This document shows, piece by piece, positions 46,016 through 63,540 of a stretch of DNA of 64,000 bases; the stretch's first letter is position 1; every line of letters begins with the position of its first letter. The notes beneath the pieces were generated by a model that was not told the origin of the DNA, ran no database searches, and saw nothing but the letters and a program-made list of their open reading frames with translations. The stretch lies in assembly GCF_009914755.1 (NCBI RefSeq), contig NC_060937.1; one strand, written 5' to 3'. Origin of the DNA: the human T2T-CHM13v2.0 reference genome, Homo sapiens. Both the position numbers and the translations under genes were made by a program.

Positions 46016-49000
46016 ACTGTACATGAAATATCAAAATACACAAACTATATATTATATACTGTACATAAAATATCAAAGTACCCAAGGTATATATTCTATA
46101 CTGTACAAAAAATAACAAAGTACCAAAAGCATGTATAATATACTGTACATAAAATATGAAAGTACATCAAATATATATTTTATTCTGTACATAAAATATC
46201 AAAGTACACCAGATATATATTCTATAGTGTACATAAAATATCAAAGTACCCAAACTATACATTATATACTGTACATAAAATATGAAATTACATCAAATAT
46301 ATTTTATATTAGGTACATAAAATATGAAAGTACATCAAATATAGATTATATACTGTACATTAAATACCAAAGTACCCCAATATATATTTTATACTGTACA
46401 TGAAATATCAAAATACATAACTATATATTATATACTGTACATAAAATATCAAAGTACCCAAGGTATATATTCTATACTGTACAAAAAATAACAAAGTACC
46501 AAAAGCATGTATAATATACTGTACATAAAATATGAAAGTACATCAAATATATATTTTATTCTGTACATAAAATATCAAAGTACACCAGATATATATTCTA
46601 TAGTGTACATAAAATATCAAAGTACCCAAACTATACATTATATACTGTAAATAAAATATGAAATTACATCAAATATATTTTATATTAGGTACATAAAATA
46701 TGAAAGTACATCAAATATAGATTATATACTGTACAATAAATACCAAATTACCCCAAATATATATTTTATACTGTACATGAAATATCAAATTTCACAAACT
46801 ATATATTATATACTGTACATATAATATCAAAGTACCCAAGGTATATATTCTATACTGTACAAAAAATAACAAAGTACCAAAAGCATGTATTATATACTGT
46901 ACCTAAAATATGAAAGTACATCAAATATATATTTTATTCTGTACATAAAATATCAAAGTACACCAGATATATATTCTATAGTGTACATAAAATATCAAAG
47001 TACCCAAACTATACATTATATACTGTAAATAAAATATGAAATTACATCAAATATATTTTATATTAGGTACATAAAATATGAAAGTACATCAAATATATAT
47101 TTTATTCTGTACATAAAATATCAAAGTACACCAGATATATATTCTATAGTGTACATAAAATATCAAAGTACCCAAACTATACATTATATACTGTAAATAA
47201 AATATGAAATTACATCAAATATATTTTATATTAGGTACATAAAATATGAAAGTACATCAAATATAGATTATATACTGTACATTAAATACGAAAGTACCCC
47301 AAATATATATTTTATACTGTACATGAAATATCAAAGTTCACAAACTATATATTATATACTGTACATAAATTATCAAAGTACCCAAGGTATATATTCTATA
47401 CTGTACAAAAAATATCAAAGTACCCAAAGCATGTATTATATACAGTACATAAAATATGAAAGTACATCAAATATATATTTTATTCTGTACAAAAAACATC
47501 AAAGTACACCAGATATATATTCTATAGTGTACATAAAATATCAAAGTACCCAAACTATACATTATATAGTGTACATAAAATATGAAATTATATCAAATAT
47601 ATATTATATTAGGTACATAATATATGAAAGTACATCAAATATAGATTATATACTGTACATAAAATATCAAAGTACCCCAAATATATATTATATACTCTAT
47701 ATGAAATATCAAAGTTCACAAACAATATATTATATACTGTACATAAAATATCAAAGTACCCAAGGTATATATTCTATACTGTACAAAAAATATCAAAATA
47801 CCCAAAGCATGTATTATATACTGTACCTAAAATATGAAAGTACATCAAATATATATTTTATTCTGTACATAAAATATCAAAGTACACCAGATATATATTC
47901 TATAGTGTACATAAAATATCAAAGTACCGAAACTATACATTATATACTGTACATAAAATATGAAATTACATCAAATATATTTTATATTAGGTACATAAAA
48001 TATGAAAGTACATCAAATATAGATTATATACTGTACATTAAATACCAAAGTACCCCAAATATATATTTTATACTGTACATGAAATATCAGAGTTCACAAA
48101 CTATATATTATATACTGTACATATAATATCAAAGAACCCAAGGTATATATTCTATACTGTACAAAAAATAACAAAGTACCAAAAGCATGTATTATATACT
48201 GTACCTAAAATATGAAAATACATCAAATATATATTTTATTCTGTACATAAAATATCAAAGTACACCAGATATATATTCTATAGTGTACATAAAATATCAA
48301 AGTACCCAAGCTATACATTACATACTGTACATAAAATATGAAATTACATCAAATATATATTATATTAGGTACATAAAATATGAAAGTACATGAAATATAG
48401 ATTATATACTGTACATAAAATATCAAGTTACCACAAATATATATTATATACTCTACATGAAATATCAAAGTTCACAAACTATATATTATATACTGTACAT
48501 ATAATATCAAAGTACACAAGGTATATATTCTATACTGTACAAAAAATAACAAAGTACCAAAAGCATGTATTATATACTGTACCTAAAATATGAAAGTACA
48601 TCAAATATGTATTTTATTCTGTACATAAAATATCAAAGTACACCAGATATATATTCTATAGTGTACATAAAATATCAAAGTACCCAAACTATACATTATA
48701 TCCTGTACATAAAATATGAAATTACATCAAATATATATTATATTAGGTACATAAAATATGAAAGTACATGAAATATAGATTATATACTGTACATAAAATA
48801 TCAAGGTACGCCAAATATATATTATATACTCTACATGAAATATCAAAGTTCTCAAACTATATATTATATACTGTACATAAAATATCAAAGTACCCAAGGT
48901 ATATATTCTATACTGTACAAAAAATAACAAAGTACCAAAAGCATGTATAATATACTGTACATAAAATATGAAAGTACATCAAATATATATTTTATTCTGT

Positions 49001-50259
49001 ACATAAAATATCAAAGTACACCAGATATATATTCTATAGTGTACATAAAATATCAAAGTACCCAAACTATACATTATATACTGTAAATAAAATATGAAAT
49101 TACATCAAATATATTTTATATTAGGTACATAAAATATGAAATTACATCAAATATATATTTTATTCTGTACATAAAATATCAAACTACACCAGATATATAT
49201 TCTATAGTGTACATAAAATATCAAAGTACCCAAACTATACATTATATACTGTACATAAAATATGAAATTACATCAAATATATTTTATATTAGGTACATAA
49301 AATATGAAAGTACATCAAATATAGATTATATACTGTACATTAAATACCAAAGTACCCCAAATATATATTTTATACTGTACATGAAATATCAAAGTTCACA
49401 AACTATATATTATATACTGTACATATAATATCAAAGTACCCAAGGTATATATTCTATACTGTACAAAAAATAACAAAGTACCAAAAGCATGTATTATATA
49501 CTGTACCTAAAATATGAAAGTACATCAAATATATATTTTATTCTGTACATAAAATATCAAAGTACACCAGATATATATTCTATAGTGTCCATAAAATATC
49601 AAAGTACCCAAACTATACATTATATACTGTACATAAAATATGAAATTACATCAAATATATTTTATATTAGGTACATAAAACATGAAAGTACATCAAATAT
49701 AGATTATATACTGTACATTAAATACCAAAGTACCCCAAATATATATTTTATACTGTACATGAAATATCAAAGTTCACAAACTATATATTATATACTGTAC
49801 ATATAATATCAAAGTACCCAAGGTATATATTCTATACTGTACAAAAAATAACAAAGTACCAAAAGCATGTATTATATACTGTACCTAAAATATGAAAGTA
49901 CATCAAATATATATTTTATTCTGTACATATAATATCAAAGTACACCAGATATATATTCTATAGTGTACATAAAATATCAAAGTACCCAAACTATACATTA
50001 TATACTGTACATAAAATATGAAATTACATCAAATATATATTATATTAGGTACATAAAATATGAAAGTACATGAAATATAGATTATATACTGTAAATAAAA
50101 TATCAAGGTACCCCAAATATATATTATATACTCTACATGAAATATCAAAGTTCACAAACTATATATTATATACTGTACATAAAATATCAAAGTACCCAAG
50201 GTATATATTCTATACTGTACAAAAAATAACAAAGTACCAAAAGCATGTATAATATACTG

Positions 50260-52450
50260 TACATAAAATATGAAAGTACATCAAATATATATTTTATTCT
50301 GTACATAAAATATCAAAGTACACCAGATATATATTCTATAGTGTACATAAAATATCAAAGTACCCAAACTATACATTATATACTGTAAATAAAATATGAA
50401 ATTACATCAAATATATTTTATATTAGGTACATAAAATATGAAAGTACATCAAATATATATTTTATTCTGTACATAAAATATCAAAGTACACCAGATATGT
50501 ATTCTATAGTGTACATAAAATATCAAAGTACCCAAACTATACATTATATACTGTACATAAAATATGAAATTACATCAAATATATATTATATTAGGTACAT
50601 AAAATATGAAAGTACATGAAATATAGATTATATACTGTACATAAAATATCAAGGTACCCCAAATATATATTATATACTCTACATGAAATATCAAAGTTCT
50701 GAAACTATATATTATATACTGTACATAAAATATCAAAGTACCCAAGGTATATATTCTATACTGTACAAAAAATAACAAAGTACCAAAAGCATGTATAATA
50801 TACTGTACATAAAATATGAAAGTACATCGAATATATATTTTATTCTTTACATAAAATATCAAAGTACACCAGATTTATATTCTATAGTGTACATAAAATA
50901 TCAAAGTACCCAAACTATACATTATATACTGTAAATAAAATATGAAATTACATCAAATATATTTTATATTAGGTACATAAAATATGAAAGTACATCAAAT
51001 ATATATTTTATTCTGTACATAAAATATCAAAGTACACCAGATATATATTCTATAGTGTACATAAAATATCAAATTACCCAAACTATACATTATATACTGT
51101 ACATAAAATATGAAATTACATCAAATATATTTTATATTAGGTACATAAAATATGAAAGTACATCAAATATAGATTATATACTGTACATTAAATACCAAAT
51201 TACCCCAAATATATATTTTATACTGTACATGAAATATCAAAGTTCACAAACTATGTATTATATACTGTACATATAATATCAAAGTACCCAAGGTATATAT
51301 TCTATACGGTACAAAAAATAACAAAGTACCAAAAGCATGTATAATATACTGTACATAAAATATGAAAGTACATCAAATATATATTTTATTCTGTACATAA
51401 AATATCAAAGTACACCAGATATATATTCTATAGTGTACATAAAATATCAAAGTACCCAAACTATACATTATATACTGTAAATAAAATATGAAATTACATC
51501 AAATATATTTTATATTAGGTACATAAAATATGAAAGTACATCAAATATATATTTTATTCTGTACATAAAATATCAAAGTACACCAGATATATATTCTATA
51601 GTGTACATAAAATATCAAAGTACCCAAACGATACATTATATACTGTACATAAAATATGAAATTACATCAAATATATATTATATTAGGTACATAAAATATG
51701 AAAGTACATGAAATATAGATTATATACTGTACATAAAATAGCAAGGTACCCCAAATATATATTATATACTCTACATGAAATATCAAAGTTCACAAACTAT
51801 ATATTATATACTGTACATAAAATATCAAAGTACCCAAGGTATATATTCTATACTGTACAAAAAATAACAAAGTAGCAAAAGCATGTATAATATACTGTAC
51901 ATAAAATATGAAAGTACAACAAATATATATTTTATTCTGTACATAAAATATCAAAGTACACCCGATATATATTCTATAGTGTACATAAAATATCAAAGTA
52001 CCCAAACTATACATTATATACTGTAAATAAAATATGAAATTACATCAAATATATTTTATATTAGGTACATAAAATATGAAAGTACATCAAATATATATGT
52101 TATTCTGTACATAAAATATCAAAGTACACCAGATATATATTGTATACTGTACATAAAATATCAAAGTACCCAAACTATACGTTATATACTGTACATAAAA
52201 TATGAAATTACATCAAATATATTTTATATTGGGTACATAAAATATGAAAGTACATCAAATACAGATTATATACTGCACATTAAATACCAAAGTACCCCAA
52301 ATATATATTTTATACTGTACATGAAATATCAAATTTCACAAACTATATATTATATACTGTACATATAATATCAAAGTACCCAAGGTATATATTCTATACT
52401 GTACAAAAAATAACAAAGTACCAAAAGCATGTATTATATACTGTACCTAA
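50260..52450 (+). repeat. Four consecutive 13-mer (546-bp) HOR variants
   Basis: M4-to-M1 back-junctions at 50426, 50972, 51518 and 52064 are each 546 bp apart. The next ones are at 52988 (+924) and 53534 (+546). Confidence 0.85.
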
Positions 52451-55400
52451 AATATGAAAGTACATCAGATATATATTTTATTCTGTACATAAAATATCAA
52501 AGTACACCAGATATATATTCTATAGTGTACATAAAATATCAAAGTACCCAAACTATACATTATATACTGTACATAAAATATGAAATTACATCAAATATAT
52601 ATTATATTAGGTACATAAAATATGAAAGTACATGAAATATAGATTATATACTGTACATAAAATATCAAGGTACCCCAAATATATATTATATACTCTACAT
52701 GAAATATCAAAGTTCTGAAACTATATATTATATACTGTACATAAAATATCAAAGTACCCAAGGTATATATTCTATACTGTACAAAAAATAACAAAGTACC
52801 AAAAGCATGTATAATATACTGTACATAAAATATGAAAGTACATCGAATATATATTTTATTCTTTACATAAAATATCAAAGTACACCAGATTTATATTCTA
52901 TAGTGTACATAAAATATCAAAGTACCCAAACTATACATTATATACTGTAAATAAAATATGAAATTACATCAAATATATTTTATATTAGGTACATAAAATA
53001 TGAAAGTACATCAAATATATATTTTATTCTGTACATAAAATATCAAAGTACACCAGATATATATTCTATAGTGTCCATAAAATATCAAAGTACCCAAACT
53101 CTACATTATATACTGTAAATAAAATATGAAATTACATCAAATATATTTTATATTAGGTACATAAAATATGAAAGTACATCAAATATAGATTATATACTGT
53201 ACAATAAATACCAAATTACCCCAAATATATATTTTATACTGTACATGAAAAATCAAATTTCACAAACTATATATTATATACTGTACATATAATATCAAAG
53301 TACCCAAGGTATATATTCTATACTGTACAAAAAATAACAAAGTACCAAAAGCATGTATTATATACTGTACCTAAAATATGAAAGTACATCAAATATATAT
53401 TTTATTCTGTACATAAAATATCAAAGTACACCAGATATATATTCTATAGTGTACATAAAATATCAAAGTACCCAAACTATACATTATATACTGTAAATAA
53501 AATATGAAATTACATCAAATATATTTTATATTAGGTACATAAAATATGAAAGTACATCAAATATATATTTTATTCTGTACATAAAATATCAAAGTACACC
53601 AGATATATATTCTATAGTGTACATAAAATATCAAAGTACCCAAACTATACATTATATACTGTAAATAAAATATGAAATTACATCAAATATATTTTATATT
53701 AGGTACATAAAATATGAAAGTACATCAAATATAGATTATATACTGTACATTAAATACCAAATTACCCCAAATATATATTTTATACTGTACATGAAATATC
53801 AAATTTCACAAACTATATATTATATACTGTACGTATAATATCAAAGTACCCAAGGTATATATTCTATACTGTACAAAAAATAACAAAGTACCAAAAGCAT
53901 GTATTATATACTGTACCTAAAATATGAAAGTACATCAAATATATATTTTATTCTATACATAAAATATCAAAGTACACCAGATATATATTCTATAGTGTAC
54001 ATAAAATATCAAAGTACCCAAACTATACATTATATACTGTAAATAAAATATGAAATTACATCAAATATATTTTATATTAGGTACATAAAATATGAAAGTA
54101 CATCAAATATAGATTATATACTGTACATTAAATACGAAAGTACCCCAAATATATATTTTATACTGTACATGAAATATCAAACTTCACAAACTATATATTA
54201 TATACTGTACATAAATTATCAAAGTACCCAAGGTATATATTCTATACTGTACAAAAAATATCAAAGTACCCAAAGCATGTATTATATACTGTACATAAAA
54301 TATGAAAGTACATCAAATATATATTTTATTCTGAACATAAAACATCAAACTACAGCAGATATATATTCTATAGTGTATATAAAATATCAAAGTATCCAAA
54401 CTATACATTATACAGTGTACATAAAATATGAAATTATATCAAATATATATTATATTAGGTACATAATATATGAAAGTACATCAAATATAGATTATATACT
54501 GTACATAAAATATCAAAGTACCCCAAATATACATTATATACTCTACATGAAATATCAAAGTTCACAAACTTTATATTATATACTGTACATAAAATATCAA
54601 AGTACCCAAGGTATATATTCTATACTGTACAAAAAATATCAAAGTACCCAAAGCATGTATTATATACTGTACATAAAATATGAAAGTACATCAAATATAT
54701 ATTTTATTCTGTACATAAAACATCAAAGTACACCAGATATATATTCTATAGTGTACATAAAATATAAAAGTACCCAAACTATACATTATATACTGTACAT
54801 AAAATATGAAATTATATCAAATATATATTATATTGGGTACATAATATATGAAAGTACATCAAATATAGATTATATACTGTACATAAAATATCAAAGTACC
54901 CCAAATATATATTATATACTCTACATGAAATATCAAAGTTCACAAACTATATATTATATACTGTACATAAAATATCAAAGTACCCAAGGTATATATTCTA
55001 TACTGTACAAAAAATATCAAAATACCCAAAGCATGTATTATATACTGTACATAAAATATGAAAGTACATCAAATATATATTTTATTCTCTACATAAAATA
55101 TCAAAGTACACCAGATATATATTCTATAGTGTACATAAAATATCAAAGTACCCAAACTATACATTATATACTGTACATAACATATGAAATTACATCAAAT
55201 ATATTTTATATTAGGTACATAAAATATGAAAGTACATCAAATATAGATTATATACTGTACATTAAATACCAAAGTACCCCAAATATATATTTTATACTGT
55301 ACATGAAATATCAGAGTTCACAAACTATATATTATATACTGTACATATAATATCAAAATACCAAAGGTATATATTCTATACTGTACAAAAAATAACAAAG

Positions 55401-56399
55401 TACCAAAAGCATGTATTATATACAGTACCTAAAATATGAAAATACATCAAATATATATTTTAATCTGTACATAAAATATCAAAGTACACCAGATATATAT
55501 TCTATAGTGTACATAAAATATCAAAGTACCCAAACTATACATTACATACTGTAAATAAAATATGAAATTACATCAAATATATATTATATTAGGTACATAA
55601 AATATGAAAGTACATGAAATATAGATTATATACTGTACATAAAATATCAAGGTACCCCAAATATATATTATATACTCTACATGAAATATCAAAGTTCACA
55701 AACTATATATTATATACTGTACATAAAATATCAAAGTACCCAAGGTATATATTCTATACTGTACAAAAAATAACAAAGTACCAAAAGCATGTATTATATA
55801 CTGTACCTAAAATATGAAAGTACATCAAATATATATTTTATTCTGTACATAAAATATCAAAGTACACCAGATATATATTCTATAGTGTACATAAAATATC
55901 AAAGTACCCAAACTATACATTATATACTGTACATAAAATATGAAATTACATCAAATATATTTTATATTAGGTACATAAAATATGAAAGTACATCAAATAT
56001 AGATTATATACTGTACATTAAATACCAAAGTACCCCAAATATATATTTTATACTGTACATGAAATATCAAAATACACAAACTATATATTATATACTGTAC
56101 ATAAAATATCAAAGTACCCAAGGTATATATTCTATACTGTACAAAAAATAACAAGGTACCAAAAGCATGTATAATATACTGTACATAAAATATGAAAGTA
56201 CATCAAATATATATTTTATTCTGTACATAAAATATCAAAGTACACCAGATATATATTCTATAGTGTACATAAAATATCAAAGTACCCAAACTATACATTA
56301 TATACTGTAAATAAATATGAAATTACATCAAATATATTTTATATTAGGTACATAAAATATGAAAGTACATCAAATATATATTTTATTCTGTACATAAAA

Positions 56400-59300
56400 T
56401 ATCAAAGTACACCAGATATGTATTCTATAGTGTACATAAAATATCAAGGTACCCAAACTATACATTATATACTGTAAATAAAATATGAAATTACATCAAA
56501 TATATTTTATATTAGGTACATAAAATATGAAAGTACATCAAATATAGATTATATACTGTACATTAAATACGAAGGTACCCCAAATATATATTTTATACTG
56601 TATATGAAATATCAAAGTTCACAAACTATATATTATATACTGTACATAAATTATCAAAGTACCCAAGGTATATATTCTATACTGTACAAAAAATATCAAA
56701 GTACCCAAAGCATGTATTATATACAGTACCTAAAATATGAAAGTACATCAAATATATATTTTATTCTGTACATAAAACATCAAAGTACACCAGATATATA
56801 TTCTATAGTGTACATAAAATATCAAAGTACCCAAACTATACATTATATAGTTTACATAAAATATGAAATTATATCAAATATATATTATATTAGGTACATA
56901 ATATATGAAAGTACATCAAATATAGATTATATACTGTACATAAAATATCAAAGTACCCCAAATATATATTATATACTCTACATGACATATCAAAGTTCAC
57001 AAACTTTATATTATATACTGTACATAAAATATCAAAGTACCCAAGGTATATATTCTATACTGTACAAAAAATATCAAAGTACACAAAGCATGTATTATAT
57101 ACTGTACATAAAATATGAAAGTACATCAAATATATATTTTATTCTGTACATAAAACATCAAAGTACACCAGATATATATTCTATAGTGTACATAAAATAT
57201 AAATTACCCAAACTATACATTATATACTGTACATAAAATATGAAATTATATCAAATATATATTATATTAGGTACATAATATATGAAAGTACATCAAATAT
57301 AGATTATATACTGTACATAAAATATCAAAGTACCCCAAATATATATTATATACTCTACATGAAATCTCAAAGTTCACAAACTATATATTATATACTGTAC
57401 ATAAAATATCAAAGTACCCAAGGTATATATTCTATAGTGTACAAAAAATATCAAAATACCCAAAGCATGTATTATGTACTGTACATAAAATATGAAAGTA
57501 CATCAAATATATATTTTATTCTCTACATAAAATATCAAAGTACACCAGATATATATTCTATAGTGTACATAAAATATCAAAGTACCCAAACTATACATTA
57601 TATACTGTACATAAAATATGAAATTACATCAAATATATTTTATATTAGGTACATAAAATATGAAAGTACATCAAATATAGATTATATACTGTACATTAAA
57701 TACCAAAGTACCCCAAATATATATTTTATACTGTACATGAAATATCAGAGTTCACAAACTATATATTATATACTGTACATATAATATCAAAGTACCCAAG
57801 GTATATATTCTATATTGTACAAAAAATAATAAAGTACCAAAAGCATGTATTATATACTGTACCTAAAATATGAAAATACATCAAATATATATTTTATTCT
57901 GTACATAAAATATCAAAGTACACCAGATATATATTCTATAGTGTACATAAAATATCAAAGTACCCAAACTATACATTATATACTGTAAATATAATATGAA
58001 ATTACATCAAATATATTTTATATTAGGTACATAAAATATGAAAGTACATCAAATATAGATTATATACTGTACATTAAATACCAAAGTACACCAAATATAT
58101 ATTTTATACTGTACATGAAATATCAAAATACACAAACTATATATTATATACTGTACATAAAATATCAAACTACCCAAGGTATATATTCTATACTGTACAA
58201 AAAATAACAAAGTACCAAAAGCATGTATAATATACTGTACATAAAATATGAAAGTACATCAAATATATATTTTATTCTGTACATAAAATATCAAAGTACA
58301 CCAGATATATATTCTATAGTGTACATAAAATATCAAAGTACCCAAACTATACATTATATACTGTACATAAAATATGAAATTACATCAAATATATTTTATA
58401 TTAGGTACATAAAATATGAAAGTACATCAAATATAGATTATATACTGTACATTAAATACCAAAGTACCCCAAATATATATTTTATACTGTACATGAAATA
58501 TCAAAGTTCACAAACTATATATTATATACTGTACATATAATATCAAAGTACCCAAGGTATATATTCTATACTGTACAAAAAATAACAAAGTACCAAAAGC
58601 ATGTATTATATACTGTACCTAAAATATGAAAGTACATCAAATATATATTTTATTCTGTACATATAATATTAAAGTACACCAGATATATATTCTGTAGTGT
58701 ACATAAAATATCAAAGTACCCGAACTATACATTATATACTGTACATAAAATATGAAATTACATCAAATATATATTATATTAGGTACATAAAATATGAAAG
58801 TACATGAAATATAGATTATATAATGTACATAAAATATCAAGGTACCCCAAATATATATTATATACTCTACATGAAATATCAAAGTTCACAAACTATATAT
58901 TATATACTGTACATAAAATATCAAAGTACCCAAGGTATATATTCTATACTGTACAAAAAATAACAAAGTACCAAAAGCATGTATAATATACTGTACATAA
59001 AATATGAAAGTACATCAATTATATATTTTATTCTGTACATAAAATATCAAAGTACACCAGATATATATTCTATAGTGTACATAAAATATCAAAGTACCCA
59101 AACTATACATTATATACTGTAAATAAAATATGAAATTACATCAAATATATTTTATATTAGGTACATAAAATATGAAAGTACATCAAATATATATTTTATT
59201 CTGTACATAAAATATCAAAGTACACCAGATATGTATTCTATAGTGTACATAAAATATAAAAGTACCCAAACTATACATTATATACTGAACATAAAATATG

Positions 59301-62300
59301 AAATTATATCAAATATATATTATATTAGGTACATAATATATGAAAGTACATCAAATATAGATTATATACTGTACATAAAATATCAAAGTACCCCAAATAT
59401 ATATTATATACTCTACATGAAATATCAAAGTTCACAAACTATATATTATATACTGTACATAAAATATCAAAGTACCCAAGGTATATATTCTATACTGTAC
59501 AAAAAATATCAAAATACCCAAAGCATGTATTATATACTGTGCATAAAATATGAAAGTACATCAAATATATATTTTATTCTGTACATAAAATATCAAAGTA
59601 CACCAGATATATATTCTATAGTGTACATAAAATATCAAAGTACCGAAACTATACATTATATACTGTACATAAAATATGAAATTACATCAGATATATTTTA
59701 TATTAGGTACATAAAATATGAAAGTACATCAAATATAGATTATATACTGTACATTAAATACCAAAGTACCCCAAATATATATTTTATACTGTACATGAAA
59801 TATCAGAGTTCACAAACTATATATTATATACTGTACATATAATATCAAAGAACCCAAGGTATATATTCTATACTGTACAAAAAACAACAAAGTACCAAAA
59901 GCATGTATTATATACTGTACCTAAAATATGAAAATACATCAAATATATATTTTATTCTGTACATAAAATATCAAAGTACACCAGATATATATTCTATAGT
60001 GTACATAAAATATCAAAGTACCCAAGCTATACATTACATACTGTACATAAAATATGAAATTACATCAAATATATATTATATTAGGTACATAAAATATGAA
60101 AGTACATGAAATATAGATTATATACTGTACATAAAATATCAAGGTACCACAAATATATATTATATACTCTACATGAAATATCAAAGTTCACAAACTATAT
60201 ATTATATACTGTACATATAATATCAAAGTACCCAAGGTATATATTCTATACTGTACAAAAAATAACAAAGTACCAAAAGCATGTATTATATACTGTACCT
60301 AAAATATGAAAGTACATCAAATATGTATTTTATTCTGTACATAAAATATCAAAGTACACCAGATATATATTCTATAGTGTACATAAAATATCAAAGTACC
60401 CAAACTATACATTATATACTGTAAATAAAATATGAAATTACATCAAATATATTTTATATTAGGTACATAAAATATGAAAGTACATCAAATATATATTTTA
60501 TTCTGTACATAAAATATCAAACTACACCAGATATATATTCTATAGTGTACATAAAATATCAAAGTACCCAAACTCTACATTATATACTGTACATAAAATA
60601 TGAAATTACATCAAATATATTTTATATTAGGTACATAAAATATGAAAGAACATCAAATATAGATTATATACTGTACATTAAATACCAAAGTACCCCAAAT
60701 ATATATTTTATACTGTACATGAAATATCAAAGTTCACAAACTATATATTATATACTGTACATATAATATCAAAGTACCCAAGGTATATATTCTATACTGT
60801 ACAAAAAATAACAAAGTACCAAAAGCATGTATTATATACTGTACCTAAAATATGAAAGTACATCAAATATATATTTTATTCTGTACATAAAATATCAAAG
60901 TACACCAGATATATATTCTATAGTGTACATAAAATATCAAAGTACCCAAACTATACATTATATACTGTACATAAAATATGAAATTACATCAAATATATAT
61001 TATATTAGGTACATAAAATATGAAAGTACATGAAATATAGATTATATACTGTACATAAAATATCAAGGTACCCCAAATATATATTATATACTCTACTTGA
61101 AATATCAAAGTTCTCAAACTATATATTATATACTGTACATAAAATATCAAAGTACCCAAGGTATATATTCTATACTGTACAAAAAATAACAAAGTACCAA
61201 AAGCATGTATAATATACTGTACATAAAATATGAAAGTACATCAAATATATATTTTATTCTGTACATAAAATATCAAAGTACACCAGATATATATTCTATA
61301 GTGTACATAAAATATCAAAGTACCCAAACTATACATTATATACTGTAAATAAAATATGAAATTACATCAAATATATTTTATATTAGGTACATAAAATATG
61401 AAAGTACATCAAATATATATTTTATTCTGTACATAAAATTTCAAAGTACACCAGATATGTATTCTATAGTGTACATAAAATATCAAGTTACCCAAACTAT
61501 ACATTATATACTGTAAATAAAATATGAAATTACATCAAATATATTTTATATTAGGTACATAAAATATGAAAGTACATCAAATATAGATTATATACTGTAC
61601 ATTAAATACGAAGGTACCCCAAATATATATTTTATACTGTACATGAAATATCAAAGTTCACAAACTATATATTATATACTGTACATAAATTATCAAAGTA
61701 CCCAAGGTATATATTCTATACTGTACAAAAAATATCAAAGTACCCAAATCATGTATTATATACAGTACATAAAATATGAAAGTACATCAAATATATATTT
61801 TATTCTGTACAAAAAACATCAAAGTACACCAGATATATATTCTATAGTGTACATAAAATATCAAAGTACCCAAACTATACATTATATAGTGTACATAAAA
61901 TATGAAATTATATCAAATATATATTATATTAGGTACATAATATATGAAAGTACATCAAATATAGATTATATACTGTACATAAAATATCAAAGTACCCCAA
62001 ATATATATTATATACTCTATATGAAATATCAAAGTTCACAAACTATATATTATATACTGTACATAAAATATCAAAGTACCCAAGGTATATATTCTATACT
62101 GTACAAAAAATATCAAGGTACACAAAGCATGTATTATATACTGTACATAAAATATGAAAGTACATCAAATATATATTTTATTCTGTACATAAAACATCAA
62201 AGTACACCAGATATATATTCTATAGTGTACATAAAATATAAAAGTACCCAAACTATACATTATATACTGTACATAAAATATGAAATTATATCAAATATAT

Positions 62301-63540
62301 ATTATATTAGGTACATAATATATGAAAGTACATCAAATATAGATTATATACTGTACATAAAATATCAAAGTACCCCAAATATATATTATATACTCTACAT
62401 GAAATCTCAAAGTTCACAAACTATATATTATATACTGTACATAAAATATCAAAGTACCCAAGGTATATATTCTATAGTGTACAAAAAATATCAAAATACC
62501 CAAAGCATGTATTATGTACTGTACATAAAATATGAAAGTACATCAAATATGTATTTTATTCTCTACATAAAATATCAAAGTACACCAGATATATATTCTA
62601 TAGTGTACATAAAATATCAAAGTACCCAAACTATACATTATATACTGTACATAAAATATGAAATTACATCAAATATATTTTATATTAGGTACATAAAATA
62701 TGAAAGTACATCAAATATAGATTATATACTGTACATTAAATACCAAAGTACCCCAAATATATATTTTATACTGTACATGAAATATCAGAGTTCACAAACT
62801 ATATATTATATACTGTACATATAATATCAAAGTACCCAAGGTATATATTCTATACTGTACAAAAAATAACAAAGTACCAAAAGCATGTATTATATACTGT
62901 ACCTAAAATATGAAAATACATCAAATATATATTTTATTCTGTACAGAAAATATCAAAGTACACCAGATATATATTCTATAGTGTACATAAAATATCAAAG
63001 TACCCAAACTATACATTATATACTGTAAATATAATATGAAATTACATCAAATATATTTTATATTAGGTACATAAAATATGAAAGTACATCAAATATAGAT
63101 TATATACTGTACATTAAATACCAAAGTACCCCAAATATATATTTTATACTGTACATGAAATATCAAAATACACAAACTATATATTATATACTGTACATAA
63201 AATATCAAACTACCCAAGGTATATATTCTATACTGTACAAAAAATAACAAAGTACCAAAAGCATGTATAATATACTGTACATAAAATATGAAAGTACATC
63301 AAATATATATTTTATTCTGTACATAAAATATCAAAGTACACCAGATATATATTCTATAGTGTACATAAAATATCAAAGTACCCAAACTATACATTATATA
63401 CTGTACATAAAATATGAAATTACATCAAATATATTTTATATTAGGTACATAAAATATGAAAGTACATCAAATATAGATTATATACTGTACATTAAATACC
63501 AAATTACCCCAAATATATATTTTATACTGTACATGAAATA
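56400..63540 (+). repeat. Paralogous ~2.1-kb segments (about 56.4-58.5 kb and 61.44-63.54 kb) offset by 5,039-5,040 bp (120 monomers)
   Basis: Shared private variants: AATACGAAGGTACCC 56566/61605, GAAATCTCAA 57361/62401, ATTATGTACT 57471/62511, AAACTACCCAAGG 58167/63207. ORFs at 58223/63263. Confidence 0.8.
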
